Source of the DNA: an uncultured Acidobacteriota bacterium
GTDB lineage: Bacteria; Acidobacteriota; Thermoanaerobaculia; Multivoradales; JAHEKO01
Length of the DNA: 64,000 bases
Reading direction: 5' to 3'
NCBI GenBank assembly: GCA_963713825.1
Contig: CAVQNG010000001.1
Location: 256,001 to 320,000 of the forward strand
Of the stretch, positions 39,818-50,525 are shown one piece after another. The notes under the pieces were generated by a model. That model was not told the origin of the DNA and made no database searches. It was given only the letters and a program-made list of their open reading frames with translations. Position 1 is the first letter of the stretch. Each line of letters begins with the position of its first letter. Made by a program: the position numbers and the translations under genes.

Positions 39818-41074
39818 CTGAATCTCCTCTTCCTGACCCAGACCTACCCTCGCTTCGCGGGCGACACGGCAGGGCCCTTTATTCGGGACCTGGCGAGAGC
39901 TCTGGTTCGCGGCGGAGACCGCGTTACCGTTCTCACTCCGCACGCCGAGGGCGTGGCGCCTTCCTGGTCCGATGACGGAGTGGATGTAAAGAGCTTTCGC
40001 TACGCCCCGGAGCGCCTGGAAGTGTTGGGCTACGGCCGTAGCCTGAGCTCGGACGAGGCAGTTAGAGCTACCGCCGGTGCCGTCGCTCCGCTCTATGCGC
40101 TGGCAGCTCGGACGGCGGTGTCACGAGAGAGCGTTGCTGAGTCCTACGACCTGGTACACGCTCATTGGGTCGTGCCGAACGGAGTCGTGGCAGGACTTGC
40201 AAAACTGCGGGTCCCCCTGGCCGTGGGTTTGCACGGCAGCGATGTCTTCATGGCGGAAAAGGCGCTATTCAGGCCGTGGGTCAGGATGGCGCTCCAGAGA
40301 GCCTGTCTGCTAACGGGCTGCTCACCGGAGCTGGTGGAGCGCGTCTGCGAGTTGGGATTCGAGCGGTCACGGTCCGCGGTGATCCCGTACGGCGTCGATG
40401 TGGAACTCTTCAAACCCGACCCCGAGAGACGCGAGATCTGGCGTCAGAAGCTGGATCTGCCGCCCGACGCGGTGGTGGCGTTGGGCGTCGGTCGGATGGT
40501 GACGAAGAAGGGGTTCCACATCCTGATTCCGGTGCTGGCTGAGATTCTTGAACGGTTCCCCGATTTCCATCTCGTGCTTGCCGGTGGCGGTGATCGGCTC
40601 GAGGAGTTTCGGCAGAGCTCATCAGATTGGGCAGACCGGGTGCATTTCCCCGATGTCGTCCTGAGAGACACGCTACCCGATCTTTATCGAGCAGCAGATC
40701 TATTCGTTCTTCCTGCAGTGCACGATAGCAAAGGGAACGTCGATGGTCTGCCCAACGTCATCCTCGAGGGTATGGCGAGCGCCCTGCCGATTGTTGCTTC
40801 GGGCATCTCTGGTATTCCTTTGGCGGTAGCCGAAGGGGAGCAAGGACTGCTCGTAGAGGAGAATAATCCCGAACAGCTGTCCCGGGCTCTGACCCGGCTC
40901 CTCGAGTCCCCCTCGGAAAGAGCTCGTATGGGAGCAGCGGCTCGACGCAAGGCCACAGAGGAGCTCACATGGACTGTAGTAGCGGGGCGTTACCGCAAGG
41001 CATATGAGGCTGCCCTCGGATGGGACAATGACGGCTCCCAGCGGATCGTCAGCGGGGCTCCAACGAATCAGTGA
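39818..41074 (+). CDS. Glycosyltransferase family 4 (probable CTG start)
   Basis: (M)NLLFLTQTYPR, HAHW, HGSD, KKG, DGLPNVILEGM. The longer 39290 ORF overlaps the GT2 gene out of frame and is probably spurious. Confidence 0.85.
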   Translation: MNLLFLTQTYPRFAGDTAGPFIRDLARALVRGGDRVTVLTPHAEGVAPSWSDDGVDVKSFRYAPERLEVLGYGRSLSSDEAVRATAGAVAPLYALAARTAVSRESVAESYDLVHAHWVVPNGVVAGLAKLRVPLAVGLHGSDVFMAEKALFRPWVRMALQRACLLTGCSPELVERVCELGFERSRSAVIPYGVDVELFKPDPERREIWRQKLDLPPDAVVALGVGRMVTKKGFHILIPVLAEILERFPDFHLVLAGGGDRLEEFRQSSSDWADRVHFPDVVLRDTLPDLYRAADLFVLPAVHDSKGNVDGLPNVILEGMASALPIVASGISGIPLAVAEGEQGLLVEENNPEQLSRALTRLLESPSERARMGAAARRKATEELTWTVVAGRYRKAYEAALGWDNDGSQRIVSGAPTNQ

Positions 41075-41087
41075 TGCTAGCTGCTAG

Positions 41088-42248
41088 ATGCGGAGATCGG
41101 TCAACATGAACTGGGCCAGGGAGTTGGTTTCATCGCAGAGCGGCCGCAGCCTCGGCCTGGAGGAGCAGCCACCAACAACGGGCGAAGAAGTTCCGTGGCT
41201 TGTTGCCTACGACCTCGATCGCAGCAAGGGACAGGAGCTTGTGCGGTGCTTGCCAGAAAGAGCCTGGAGTCTCTGGCGATACAGGGAGCTGCTGCCCGTC
41301 GAAGACTTCGAGGGGCGGATCGATCTGGGTGAGGGTGGCACGCCGTTGGTCCGTGTCCGCAGTGCGCCGCGGGATCTGGAGGTCTGGCTGAAGGAGGAAG
41401 CGGGGAATCCGACCGGATCGTTCAAGGATCGGGGTTTGTCGTTAGCGGTGAATCGAGCCAGAGAGCTGGGTGCACCAGGGGTGCAGCTGCCGAGCGCGGG
41501 GAATGCTGCGCTGGCGACTGCTGCCTACGCCGCGGCTGGAGGTTTGCGCTGCCGCGTAGCCCTGCCGGGCGACACGCCGGGTATCATCGTCGATCGGTGT
41601 CGGGCGTATGGCGCCGAGGTTCTTCGCAGTGGAGCGACTCTCGTCGATTCGGCTGCTGCGCTGGCTACCTTCGAGGATGGGTTCTGGGATCTGTCGACAT
41701 TTCGTGAGCCCTACAGGGTTGAAGGCAAGAAGACCATGGGGCTGGAGCTTGTAGAACAGCTTGGATGGACCGCCCCTGACTGGATCTTCTATCCAACCGG
41801 CGGTGGCACTGGCATCGTCGCCATGTTCAAGGCGTTCCAGGAGCTTCAGGTACTGGGACTTCTGGGAGACAAGTTCCCCCGATTGGTTTCCGTTCAGATG
41901 GAGGGCTGCGCACCCATTGTCCGAGCCTTTGACGCTGGGCACGAGCGAGCCGAAGAATGGCAGAAGCCAGAGACACAGGTTTGGGGACTTCGAGTCCCGA
42001 GGTCGCTGGCGGATGCGCTGATTCTGCAAGCCCTTCGCAGCACGGGCGGAGTAGCTGTGAGTGTTCCTGAAGAGAGCCTGGGGGAGATCCAATCTCGGTA
42101 TGCCCAGCAGGAGGGACGCTGGCTGGGACCCGAGGGAGCAGCTGCGGTGGCAGGATTCGAGAAGCTGTGGGATGAAGGCCGAATCCAGCCGGGCGAGCGA
42201 GTCCTGATCTTTCAGACTGGGCACCCGGCAAACTACCTGGAGCGATAG
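41088..42248 (+). CDS. thrC: Threonine synthase (PLP, fold type II)
   Basis: LGEGGTPL, NPTGSFKDRG, SAGNA, EGKKT, PTGGG. Start may be 41106. Confidence 0.85.
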   Translation: MRRSVNMNWARELVSSQSGRSLGLEEQPPTTGEEVPWLVAYDLDRSKGQELVRCLPERAWSLWRYRELLPVEDFEGRIDLGEGGTPLVRVRSAPRDLEVWLKEEAGNPTGSFKDRGLSLAVNRARELGAPGVQLPSAGNAALATAAYAAAGGLRCRVALPGDTPGIIVDRCRAYGAEVLRSGATLVDSAAALATFEDGFWDLSTFREPYRVEGKKTMGLELVEQLGWTAPDWIFYPTGGGTGIVAMFKAFQELQVLGLLGDKFPRLVSVQMEGCAPIVRAFDAGHERAEEWQKPETQVWGLRVPRSLADALILQALRSTGGVAVSVPEESLGEIQSRYAQQEGRWLGPEGAAAVAGFEKLWDEGRIQPGERVLIFQTGHPANYLER

Positions 42249-42284
42249 GGCATGGGCCCTGAGGTCTGAAAAGGAGGCTGTGAA

Positions 42285-43472
42285 ATGGAGATCCAAGACC
42301 TGATACTTCTGGAAGGCGCCAGAACTCCGATGGGGGAGTTCGGGCAGTCCTTTGCACACTTGTCAGCGCTGGAGCTCGGTGCGTTGGCTGCCAAGGAGAC
42401 CCTGGCGCGAGCAGCGATCGACCCCGAATCGATCGATCACACGTTCGTCGGCAATGCTCTGCAGACATCATCCGATGCTATCTACGGGGCCCGTCACGTG
42501 GCTCTCAACGCAGGCGTTCCGAAAGCGAAGCCGGCGCTGACGGTCAACCGGCTCTGTGGCTCGGGAATCCAGTCGATCATCTCCGGCTCTCACGCCATCC
42601 TGCTCGGCGAGGCCACGACCTGTCTGGTAGGGGGGATGGAGAGCATGTCGCAGGCACCCCACTGTATCTGGGGTGCCAGGCAGGGCTTCCGTCTCGGCCA
42701 GGGCAAGCTCGAAGACCTGCTCATGGCTTCGCTCTACGATCCCTATTGTGGCTGTTTCATGGCACAGACGAGCAACAATCTGGCCAATGACTATGGAATC
42801 AGCCGTCGTGAGCAGGACGAGTTTGCGGTCGAGAGCCAGCGTCGCGCTGCTGCCGCTTGGGAGACCGGGCGATTGGCGGAGGAGGTGTTTGCAGTGGAGG
42901 TGGGGAGAGGTAAGCGGAAACGACTGATCGAGCGCGACGAGCACTTGCGTCAGGAGACGACCCTCGAGCAACTCTCGAAACTGCCACCGGTCTTTGGTGA
43001 GGACAGCGATGTTACGGCCGGCAATGCCTCGGGAATCGTCGATGGTGCGGCGATGTTGGTCTTGACCGCCGACAAGGGAGTTCAGGGTCGCTCAGAGCGG
43101 CCTCTCGGACGGATTCTCTCCTGGTCGACGGTCGGCGTAGAGCCTTCCAGAATGGGCATCGGGCCGGCTCCTGCGATCAGCCTGGCTCTGGAGCGAGCCG
43201 GTCTGTCGATGAAGGACCTCGACCTGTTCGAGATCAACGAGGCTTTCGCCGGTCAACTCCTGGCGGTAGTGCGCGAGATGAAATTGGATCAGAGCAAGCT
43301 GAATGTCAACGGTGGGGCAATTGCTCTAGGCCACCCACTGGGCGCGACCGGCAGTCGTTTGGTGCTGACTCTCCTGAAGGAGCTCCAGCGTCGGGGTGGC
43401 GGCAAGGGTGTTGCGGCGGCCTGCATCGGCGGCGGCCAGGGGATTGCCATGATCGTCGAGGCTTTCGCATGA
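42285..43472 (+). CDS. Acetyl-CoA C-acyltransferase (thiolase)
   Basis: [27 protein letters not shown]. Confidence 0.95.
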   Translation: MEIQDLILLEGARTPMGEFGQSFAHLSALELGALAAKETLARAAIDPESIDHTFVGNALQTSSDAIYGARHVALNAGVPKAKPALTVNRLCGSGIQSIISGSHAILLGEATTCLVGGMESMSQAPHCIWGARQGFRLGQGKLEDLLMASLYDPYCGCFMAQTSNNLANDYGISRREQDEFAVESQRRAAAAWETGRLAEEVFAVEVGRGKRKRLIERDEHLRQETTLEQLSKLPPVFGEDSDVTAGNASGIVDGAAMLVLTADKGVQGRSERPLGRILSWSTVGVEPSRMGIGPAPAISLALERAGLSMKDLDLFEINEAFAGQLLAVVREMKLDQSKLNVNGGAIALGHPLGATGSRLVLTLLKELQRRGGGKGVAAACIGGGQGIAMIVEAFA

Positions 43473-44224
43473 TCGATCTCGCAGGGCTCAGGGTGCTGGT
43501 CACTGGCGGTAGCAGAGGAATAGGAGCTGCCTGTTCGCGGCTGTTCGCAGCGTCAGGGGCCGCAGTAGGCGTGCACTATCGAGCCAACGAGCGGGCGGCG
43601 GCTGCCGTCCTGGAGAGTCTGGAGGTCACCTCGACTCAACCGCACTTCAAGGTGGCAGCCGATCTGGCTGATCCCGGGGGTGTGAACGTCCTCTTCGAAG
43701 CTGTGGAGAAGAACTGGGGCCGTCTCGACTGCTTGGTAAACAACGCAGGAATCTGGATTCAAAATCCGCTGGCAGAGTTGAATGTACGTCGGCTCGAAGA
43801 GACCTGGGCGATCAACGAGCGCGCTGTCTTTCTCTGTGCGTCGAAGTCGATCCGCTTCTTGAGTTCCTCGCAGGATGGCAACATTGTCAACATCAGCTCC
43901 ACCGCTGGGCAGAGGGGCGAGGCTTTCTACAGCCCGTATGCCGCCAGTAAGGGTGCGATGATCTCGGCCACAAAATCGTGGAGCTCTGAGTTGGCGCCAG
44001 AGATTCGCGTCAACGCTGTTGCTCCGGGTTGGGTCGACACGGAGCTGTGTGACGAGGCCTTTGCGGATGGAGGGCGAGAGGCCATCGAAGAGACGATTCC
44101 CCTACGTAGAGTGGCATCGCCTGAAGACATCGCTGGAGCGGTAATCTTCCTGGCATCGCCACTCGCGCGGCACATCACGGGTGAGATTCTCAACGTCAAC
44201 GGCGGCAGCGTCTTGGCTGGCTGA
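43469..44224 (+). CDS. Short-chain dehydrogenase/reductase (FabG-like)
   Basis: [25 protein letters not shown]. Confidence 0.92.
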   Translation: MIDLAGLRVLVTGGSRGIGAACSRLFAASGAAVGVHYRANERAAAAVLESLEVTSTQPHFKVAADLADPGGVNVLFEAVEKNWGRLDCLVNNAGIWIQNPLAELNVRRLEETWAINERAVFLCASKSIRFLSSSQDGNIVNISSTAGQRGEAFYSPYAASKGAMISATKSWSSELAPEIRVNAVAPGWVDTELCDEAFADGGREAIEETIPLRRVASPEDIAGAVIFLASPLARHITGEILNVNGGSVLAG

Positions 44225-44253
44225 GACAAGAAACTCGACTCCAATTTCGTCTA

Positions 44254-45000
44254 TTGACCCTGAAGACGCCATTGCGTCTCCAAGGAACGTCGAAATTGGC
44301 AACCCAAACCTCTGGGCAGCGACCGAGCCTTCTCCGCGAGCTGCCCCGCGATGAACGTCCCCGCGAGCGACTCCTAGCCAATGGTAGTGCTGGCTTGTCC
44401 GACGTGGAGCTGGTCGCTGTCCTGTTGCGAACCGGGAGGCCTGGACAATCAGTGCTCGACCTGGCGCGGAACCTACTGCGAGCCAGCCAAGGATTGAACG
44501 GTCTGCTGGGAACCGGGCCCCTGGCGTTGCGGCAAGCCGGCCTTGGACCGGCCAAGGCAGCATCCCTGCTTGCCGCGGTCGAGCTGGCACGGCGTTTTTC
44601 GAGGGCCCGAATGGCCGATCGTGAGCTGCTCAAGGATCCACAGTCGGTGGCTTCGTACCTGGAGTTGCGCTACAGCCTCAAAGGGCAAGAGGTCATGGGT
44701 GCGCTCTACCTGGATACGCGCAATCGTCTGATAGGAGAGACCGAGTTGTACCGGGGTACCCTGAGCCGCGCCGCCGTCGAGCCGCGTGCGATTCTCAAGC
44801 AAGGTCTCCTCCGGGATGCTGCCGGCCTGGTTCTATTTCACACGCATCCCAGCGGCGACCCGTCTCCCAGCGCGGAGGACCTCGGATTCACCCGTCGGAT
44901 GGTCGAGGCAGGCGAGCTCGTGGGGCTGCATCTCGTCGACCATCTGGTCTTGGGCTCGGGTGGAGCATGGACCTCACTGCGACGCCAGGGTTTCTGCTAG
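44254..45000 (+). CDS. radC: RadC/JAB domain protein
   Basis: ERPRERL, HhH, JAMM motif HTHPSGDPSPSAED. Confidence 0.92.
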   Translation: MTLKTPLRLQGTSKLATQTSGQRPSLLRELPRDERPRERLLANGSAGLSDVELVAVLLRTGRPGQSVLDLARNLLRASQGLNGLLGTGPLALRQAGLGPAKAASLLAAVELARRFSRARMADRELLKDPQSVASYLELRYSLKGQEVMGALYLDTRNRLIGETELYRGTLSRAAVEPRAILKQGLLRDAAGLVLFHTHPSGDPSPSAEDLGFTRRMVEAGELVGLHLVDHLVLGSGGAWTSLRRQGFC

Positions 45001-45041
45001 GTCTCTGGTAAGCTCATGTCGTTTCGAGGAGGGAGCCGAGC

Positions 45042-45368
45042 ATGTCATCCATTTCCATCGAGCAGTTCTTCCAGACCGAGTTGAGGGTGGCTACCGTCAC
45101 CGGGGCCGAGCCGATTCCGAACTCCAAAAAGCTCTTGAAGTTGATTGTCGAGCTCGGAAGCGAGAGTCGTGTTCTGGTGGCCGGGATCGCGCGACAGTAC
45201 TCCACTGAGGAGCTGGTGGGAAAGCAGGTTGTGGTCGTCACCAACCTCGAACCGGCCAAGCTCATGGGCGTCGAGTCCCAAGGGATGGTTCTGGCTGCCT
45301 CGGTCGAAGGCAAACCGGTGCTTCTGCAACCCGGTGAGGCAGTGCCTAGCGGCACTCCGGTCAAGTGA
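45042..45368 (+). CDS. Stand-alone tRNA-binding OB domain (MetRS C-terminal/Trbp111/CsaA-like)
   Basis: ELRVATV, KLLKL, VAGI, NLEPAKLMGVESQGMVLAA. Confidence 0.88.
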   Translation: MSSISIEQFFQTELRVATVTGAEPIPNSKKLLKLIVELGSESRVLVAGIARQYSTEELVGKQVVVVTNLEPAKLMGVESQGMVLAASVEGKPVLLQPGEAVPSGTPVK

Positions 45369-46168
45369 AGAAGGCCGAGCCAAGCTACGTTACGTCGGTC
45401 ATCGATTCCCACTGTCATTTACAGAGCCTGTCGGCAGACGATTGTCAGGTGGCGATCGAGAACGCCAGGTGTCGGGGTGTATCCGGCTTTCTGGTACCGG
45501 CGCTGCGTCTGGAGGACGCCGACGGGATTCTGTCACTGTGCCATCGCGAGCCTGACGTTTGGTGCGCCCTCGGAGTCCACCCCCACGAGGCCTCCTCATG
45601 GACGGCCGTTCACCAGAAGGCGTTGGCGGAGCTGGTTACCGATCCGAAGGTGGTGGCGATTGGCGAATGCGGTCTGGATTTCCACTACGACCTGTCCGAC
45701 CGGGATGCTCAAGTGTGGGCCCTACGTGAACAGTGGGACCTGGCGATCGACCACGGTCTGCCTGTTGTTATCCACAACCGTGACAGTAACGACGTCATGT
45801 TGGATCTCCTCGAAGGGGCTGCTTTCGAGGCTCTCGAGGGAGATTTCCACTCCTTTGCTGGCGGTCGAGAAATGGCCGAGGTGTTGATTGGCAGAGGGTT
45901 CTATCTGGGCTTTTCCGGTATGGTGACGTTCAACAGCGCAGAGAATGTTCGGCAAGTTCTGCCTCATCTCTCTGTCGAGCGTATCCTGGTCGAAACGGAC
46001 ACTCCATATCTGGCCCCGGTGCCTTATCGGGGCAGGCCAAGTAGGCCTGGTCATGTGATCGAGGTGGCAGCCCGGGTGGCCGACGAGCTGGAGATCGAGT
46101 TCGACGAGCTGTGCCGCTCGACCAGTCAGAACTTCTATCGGCTTTTCCCCAAAGCAGTCGGCAGCTAG
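45365..46168 (+). CDS. tatD: TatD family metal-dependent nuclease
   Basis: DSHCH, GVHPH, GECGLD, IHNR, ETDTPYL. Confidence 0.92.
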   Translation: MKKAEPSYVTSVIDSHCHLQSLSADDCQVAIENARCRGVSGFLVPALRLEDADGILSLCHREPDVWCALGVHPHEASSWTAVHQKALAELVTDPKVVAIGECGLDFHYDLSDRDAQVWALREQWDLAIDHGLPVVIHNRDSNDVMLDLLEGAAFEALEGDFHSFAGGREMAEVLIGRGFYLGFSGMVTFNSAENVRQVLPHLSVERILVETDTPYLAPVPYRGRPSRPGHVIEVAARVADELEIEFDELCRSTSQNFYRLFPKAVGS

Positions 46169-46920
46169 ACCGGGTTTGGAATGTCCTCGAAGCGGACCTC
46201 GATACCGAATTTCTGAGCCAGGTGATCCCCGAGAGCCATGATGCCGAGGCGTTCGGTGGCGTAGTGGCCAGCGGCGATGAAGTGCGTGTTGGTTTCGCGA
46301 GCGACATTCATGACCCACTCGCTGGCCTCGCCGGTGATAAAGGCGTCGAGCTCGTCTGCGATGGCGTCATGAAAGGAGCCCTCTGCTGCCCCACTTATGA
46401 TTCCAATGGTGGCGACGTTCTCGGCCCCCTCGAAAAAACCCAGAGGCTCCTGTTGGAAGGTCGATCGGCATCGATCGAGGAGCTCCGAGATGGGGATCGC
46501 CGCCTCGAATTCGCCTTTGAATCCGATGCTGAGGCCAGAATGCTCCCCGAAAGGTCGAAGTCGGGAGAGTCCGAGGCGCCGAGCTGCGATGGCATTGTTT
46601 CCAACCTCGGGATGTCGATCGAGCGGCAGATGGTAGGCGATGAGATTCAGTCCTCCCTCGATGAGCTCAGCCACACGACGGCGCTGGAAGCCAGTCAGGA
46701 CTCTGGGCGTACCCTCCCAGAAGATGCCGTGATGAACGAGGACTGCGTCGGCTTGCCCTTGGCGGGCCCGTTGAAAGAGCTCTTGGCAGGCTGAGACACC
46801 GGTCACAATCTTACCTATGGTCGGGACTCCTTCGACCTGCAGGCCGTTGGGACAGTAGTCGGTTCCCTGATCCGCTAGAAGATACTCGTGTAAGAACGAA
46901 ACAAGGTCGTCGCGTTCCAT
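46165..46920 (-). CDS. Nif3-like dinuclear metal centre protein (YbgI/DUF34)
   Basis: PNGLQVEG, VHHG, YHLPLD.H...GNN, GHYATE. Start could be up to 46962. Confidence 0.92.
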   Translation of the reverse strand: MERDDLVSFLHEYLLADQGTDYCPNGLQVEGVPTIGKIVTGVSACQELFQRARQGQADAVLVHHGIFWEGTPRVLTGFQRRRVAELIEGGLNLIAYHLPLDRHPEVGNNAIAARRLGLSRLRPFGEHSGLSIGFKGEFEAAIPISELLDRCRSTFQQEPLGFFEGAENVATIGIISGAAEGSFHDAIADELDAFITGEASEWVMNVARETNTHFIAAGHYATERLGIMALGDHLAQKFGIEVRFEDIPNPV

Positions 46921-46958
46921 ATTGACCTCGGAGATGGGACTATCGATGCTCATGGCAA

Positions 46959-48128
46959 TCACTCCTCCTCAGTTGGGCCCTCGTAGCCTGACGGCCGTCC
47001 CGCCTGCGACTCCGTCCTGGATACCTGCTCACGAATGACTTCGAATTCCGAGTGGCAGGCCATGAAGGCATCGACGATGGCAGGATCGAAGTGGCGGCCC
47101 CGATCGACCACGAGGCGTCGAACAGCTTCTGCATGAGCCACGGCCCGTTTATAGGGGCGATTGCTCGTCAGGGTGTCGTACGAGTCCGCCAGGGCCACGA
47201 TTCTGGCCGCCAGAGGAATCTCTCCGCCACTCAACCCTCGCGGATAGCCGCAGCCGTCCCATCGCTCGTGGTGGCTATAGGCGATCTCCATTGCCATTCT
47301 CAAGAATCCATGGGTCGCGAACCGTTCGACTACCGAACGCAGCGTATCGCCACCGATCGTGGAGTGAGTCTGCATGAGTCGAAACTCGCTGCTGGTCAGG
47401 GGGCCCGGCTTGCGGAGGATCGCATCGGGGATTCCGACCTTGCCGATATCGTGCAGTGGACTGGATTTCACCAGCTGGTCGATGTAGTCGTGGCTCATGC
47501 GACCTGCGTAGACACCGACTCTGAGCTCATCGGCAAGACGACGACAGTAGGCCGCGATGCGCTCGAGATGGAGTCCCGTTGTGCTGTCCCGTGATTCAGC
47601 CAGCTTGGCCAGAGTGAGCAGCGCGATGTCACGCGTCTCGCGGATCTCCTCTGTTTGCACCTGAACCAGCTGCTCTAGACGGGTCCGATAGCGGTCGTTC
47701 TCGCGCAACAGGTCATGGCGCTCGAGGGCCCGCGAAACGGTATTCGAGAGGAGCTCCCAATCGAAGGGTTTGAGGAGGTAGTCGTAGGCGCCCTCGCGGA
47801 GACAGCGCCGCACGGTCTCGAGATCCTGATGGCTCGAGACCATGACAACCTGAACGTTCCTGTTGCTCTGCTTGAGGCGATGCAGCAGTTCGACGCCGCC
47901 GACGCCTGGCATCCGTATGTCGGTCAGAACGAGAGCTGGATCAGGATACCTTGCAGTGAGAGAGAGCGCTTCTTCTGCCGTGGCAGCAGTGCGGCACAGA
48001 TGCCCGCGCTCTTCCAGGTAGCGCGAGATCAGAGCCCGGATCTGCTCTTCGTCGTCTACGATGAGAACGTAGTCCGACGAAGAGGCGATCGATCGGGGTG
48101 CGGCCGGTGCACCGGAAGAGTCGCTCAT
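46959..48128 (-). CDS. Response regulator with HD-GYP cyclic dinucleotide phosphodiesterase domain
   Basis: REC (VDDE, TDIRMP, KPF); HDIGK, HHERWDGCGYP, ADSYD...RPYK. Confidence 0.93.
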   Translation of the reverse strand: MSDSSGAPAAPRSIASSSDYVLIVDDEEQIRALISRYLEERGHLCRTAATAEEALSLTARYPDPALVLTDIRMPGVGGVELLHRLKQSNRNVQVVMVSSHQDLETVRRCLREGAYDYLLKPFDWELLSNTVSRALERHDLLRENDRYRTRLEQLVQVQTEEIRETRDIALLTLAKLAESRDSTTGLHLERIAAYCRRLADELRVGVYAGRMSHDYIDQLVKSSPLHDIGKVGIPDAILRKPGPLTSSEFRLMQTHSTIGGDTLRSVVERFATHGFLRMAMEIAYSHHERWDGCGYPRGLSGGEIPLAARIVALADSYDTLTSNRPYKRAVAHAEAVRRLVVDRGRHFDPAIVDAFMACHSEFEVIREQVSRTESQAGRPSGYEGPTEEE

Positions 48129-48161
48129 GCGGAGATCGACGGAGGCGCCGATTCCTCCGCC

Positions 48162-50390
48162 CTAGTTGCGATCCCGTCGCGGGCCTCGGGACCCGCCGCC
48201 GCCACCGCGACGCTGATTGGAGCGCGGTCCGCGGCCGCCACCGGAATCGCGCCGCTCCGGAGGTGGTCCTTCGTACCCCATGCCTTCGTACTTGGCCGGA
48301 TCGTAGTCGGGGGCCTCCATGATGACGGCCTTGCGAGAGAGTCGAACCTTGCCCTGCTCGTCGATGTTGATGACCTTGACCTCGACGCTGTCACCTTCTT
48401 GAACGATATCGGTCACCTCGCGCACCCGATAGGGGGCCAGCTCACTGATGTGAATGAGGCCGTCGGAACCGGGAAGGATCTCGACAAAGGCGCCATAGCC
48501 TTCGATTCGGCGCACGGTTCCTTCGTAGATCTTGCCGATCTCCGGGGTCTCCGTGAGGCGCTCGATAATCTCTCTGGCGCGCTTTGCGGCGACACCGTCT
48601 GGCGAGGCGATGATGACGGTGCCATCATTCTGCACATCGACCTCGCACCCGGTCTCGTCGATGATCGAGCGGATGGTCTTGCCTCCAGGCCCGATGATGT
48701 CGCGGATCTTGTCGGTGGGCACCGACATGGTGTAGAGGCGGGGTGCGAACTCCGAGAGCTCTTCCCGGGGTGTGTCGATGGTCTGCTGCATGATATCGAG
48801 AATGTGCATGCGGCCGTTGCGTGCCTGGGCCAGGGCCTCCTGCATGATGTCGCGGGTGACGCCCGCGATCTTGATGTCCATCTGCAATGCTGTGATGCCG
48901 TCGCGGGTACCAGCTACCTTGAAGTCCATGTCTCCGTAGTGGTCTTCCTGACCTGCGATATCGGACAGCACGGCAAACCCGTCGCCACTCTTGATGAGCC
49001 CCATCGCCACTCCGGCGACGGGTGCGAGCATGGGAACTCCGGCGTCGAAAAGGGCCAGCGAACCGCCGCAGACGGTAGCCATGGAGGAGGAACCGTTGGA
49101 TTCCAGGATGTCTGAGACGACACGAACGGTATAGGGGAAATCGTCTTCGTGCGGCAGTAGGGGAGTCAGCGCTCGCCGGGCGAGGACGCCGTGACCGATC
49201 TCGCGTCGGCTGGGGCCGCGAAGGAACTTCACCTCGCCAACGGAGAACGGAGGAAAGCTGTAGTGCAAGATGAACTTCTGCCGGCTCTCTCCCTCGTACT
49301 CCTCGATAATCTGGGCATCACGGCTGGTGCCGAGGGTAGCGGTTACCAGAGCCTGGGTTTCGCCGCGCGTGAACAGAGCAGACCCGTGGGTGCGAGGTAG
49401 GGGCCCTACTTCCACCTCGATGCCGCGAATCTGATCGAGGCTCCTGCCGTCGAACCGCGTGCGATTGGTGAGGATCTCCTGTCGCAGGATCTCTTCTTCG
49501 AGCCGCTTGATGATCTGCTTGATCTTCTGTGGCTTGTCGTCGTCCTCCTCGGCTGCGGATTCGAGATACGGCTCGATAGTTGCTGCCACAGCCTCGCGCC
49601 GTTCGAACTTTCCGGTCGTATGGAGCGCGGTGGAGAGAGAGTCGTAGAGGTCAGCTTTGACTTGCTCGAAGAGCTCGGCGGAAAAGGTCTCCGGTGCGAC
49701 CCACTCGGGTTTCTGAACGCCGACCTTGCGCTGCAGCTCGAGCTGGGCTTGGATGATCTTCTGGATCTCCTGGTGCCCCTTGTAGATGCAGTCGAGAATG
49801 AAGTCCTCTGACAGCTGATTGGCACCAGCTTCCACCATGACCACGGCCTCTTCAGTGCCGACGACGATCAAATCGAGATCGGAAACATCACGCAGGCTGT
49901 TGGTTGGATTGAAGACGAGTTCGCCTTCAACGAGACCCACCCGAACCGCCCCTACCGGGGTGTAGAACGGAATCGCTGAGACGGCCAGGGCGGCCGAAGC
50001 TCCGTTGATGGCCAGGATGTCGGGATCGTTCTCTCCATCAGCGGAGAGGACCAAAGAGATGATCTGGGTCTCGTAGTTGTACCCTTCGGGGAACAGGGGC
50101 CGCAACGGGCGGTCGGTCATCCGACAGGTGAGGATTTCCTTTTCGCTCGGACGGCCCTCGCGCTTGAAGAAACCTCCCGGAATCCGCCCTCCCGCATAGG
50201 TGTACTCACGGTAGTCGACGGTCAAAGGGAGGAAATCACGCCCGCTGGCAGATTTCGCCATACAGGCGGTGCTCAAGACGACGGTGTCGCCGCATCGAGT
50301 GACACAAGAACCGTCGGCCTGCTTGGCGATCTTGCCGGTTTCAAAGGTGACGGTCGCGTCACCAACAGTGACTTCACTTTGCTGTTTCAT
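48162..50390 (-). CDS. pnp: Polyribonucleotide nucleotidyltransferase
   Basis: GRIPGGFFKREGRP, FTRGETQ, ESNGSSSMA, GDMDFKVAG, KH and S1 domains. Start placed at ATG 50390. Confidence 0.98.
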   Translation of the reverse strand: MKQQSEVTVGDATVTFETGKIAKQADGSCVTRCGDTVVLSTACMAKSASGRDFLPLTVDYREYTYAGGRIPGGFFKREGRPSEKEILTCRMTDRPLRPLFPEGYNYETQIISLVLSADGENDPDILAINGASAALAVSAIPFYTPVGAVRVGLVEGELVFNPTNSLRDVSDLDLIVVGTEEAVVMVEAGANQLSEDFILDCIYKGHQEIQKIIQAQLELQRKVGVQKPEWVAPETFSAELFEQVKADLYDSLSTALHTTGKFERREAVAATIEPYLESAAEEDDDKPQKIKQIIKRLEEEILRQEILTNRTRFDGRSLDQIRGIEVEVGPLPRTHGSALFTRGETQALVTATLGTSRDAQIIEEYEGESRQKFILHYSFPPFSVGEVKFLRGPSRREIGHGVLARRALTPLLPHEDDFPYTVRVVSDILESNGSSSMATVCGGSLALFDAGVPMLAPVAGVAMGLIKSGDGFAVLSDIAGQEDHYGDMDFKVAGTRDGITALQMDIKIAGVTRDIMQEALAQARNGRMHILDIMQQTIDTPREELSEFAPRLYTMSVPTDKIRDIIGPGGKTIRSIIDETGCEVDVQNDGTVIIASPDGVAAKRAREIIERLTETPEIGKIYEGTVRRIEGYGAFVEILPGSDGLIHISELAPYRVREVTDIVQEGDSVEVKVINIDEQGKVRLSRKAVIMEAPDYDPAKYEGMGYEGPPPERRDSGGGRGPRSNQRRGGGGGSRGPRRDRN

Positions 50391-50525
50391 ATCTTTTCCT
50401 GTTCGCTTGGCTTGCGCGGACTTGACCGGTCCCGACTCTAGACTGGGTTGAGCAGCAGTCAGGGACGGCCAGTGAATGTGCCGCCGCGGAGCATTCTCCA
50501 TGGCGCGCACAGGCGCAGGGTTTCT

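Noticed and set aside
44254-45000. radC as a marker of a mobile or anti-restriction element
   Set aside because: It is the full-length chromosomal form among housekeeping genes, with no integrase, direct repeats or visible composition shift.
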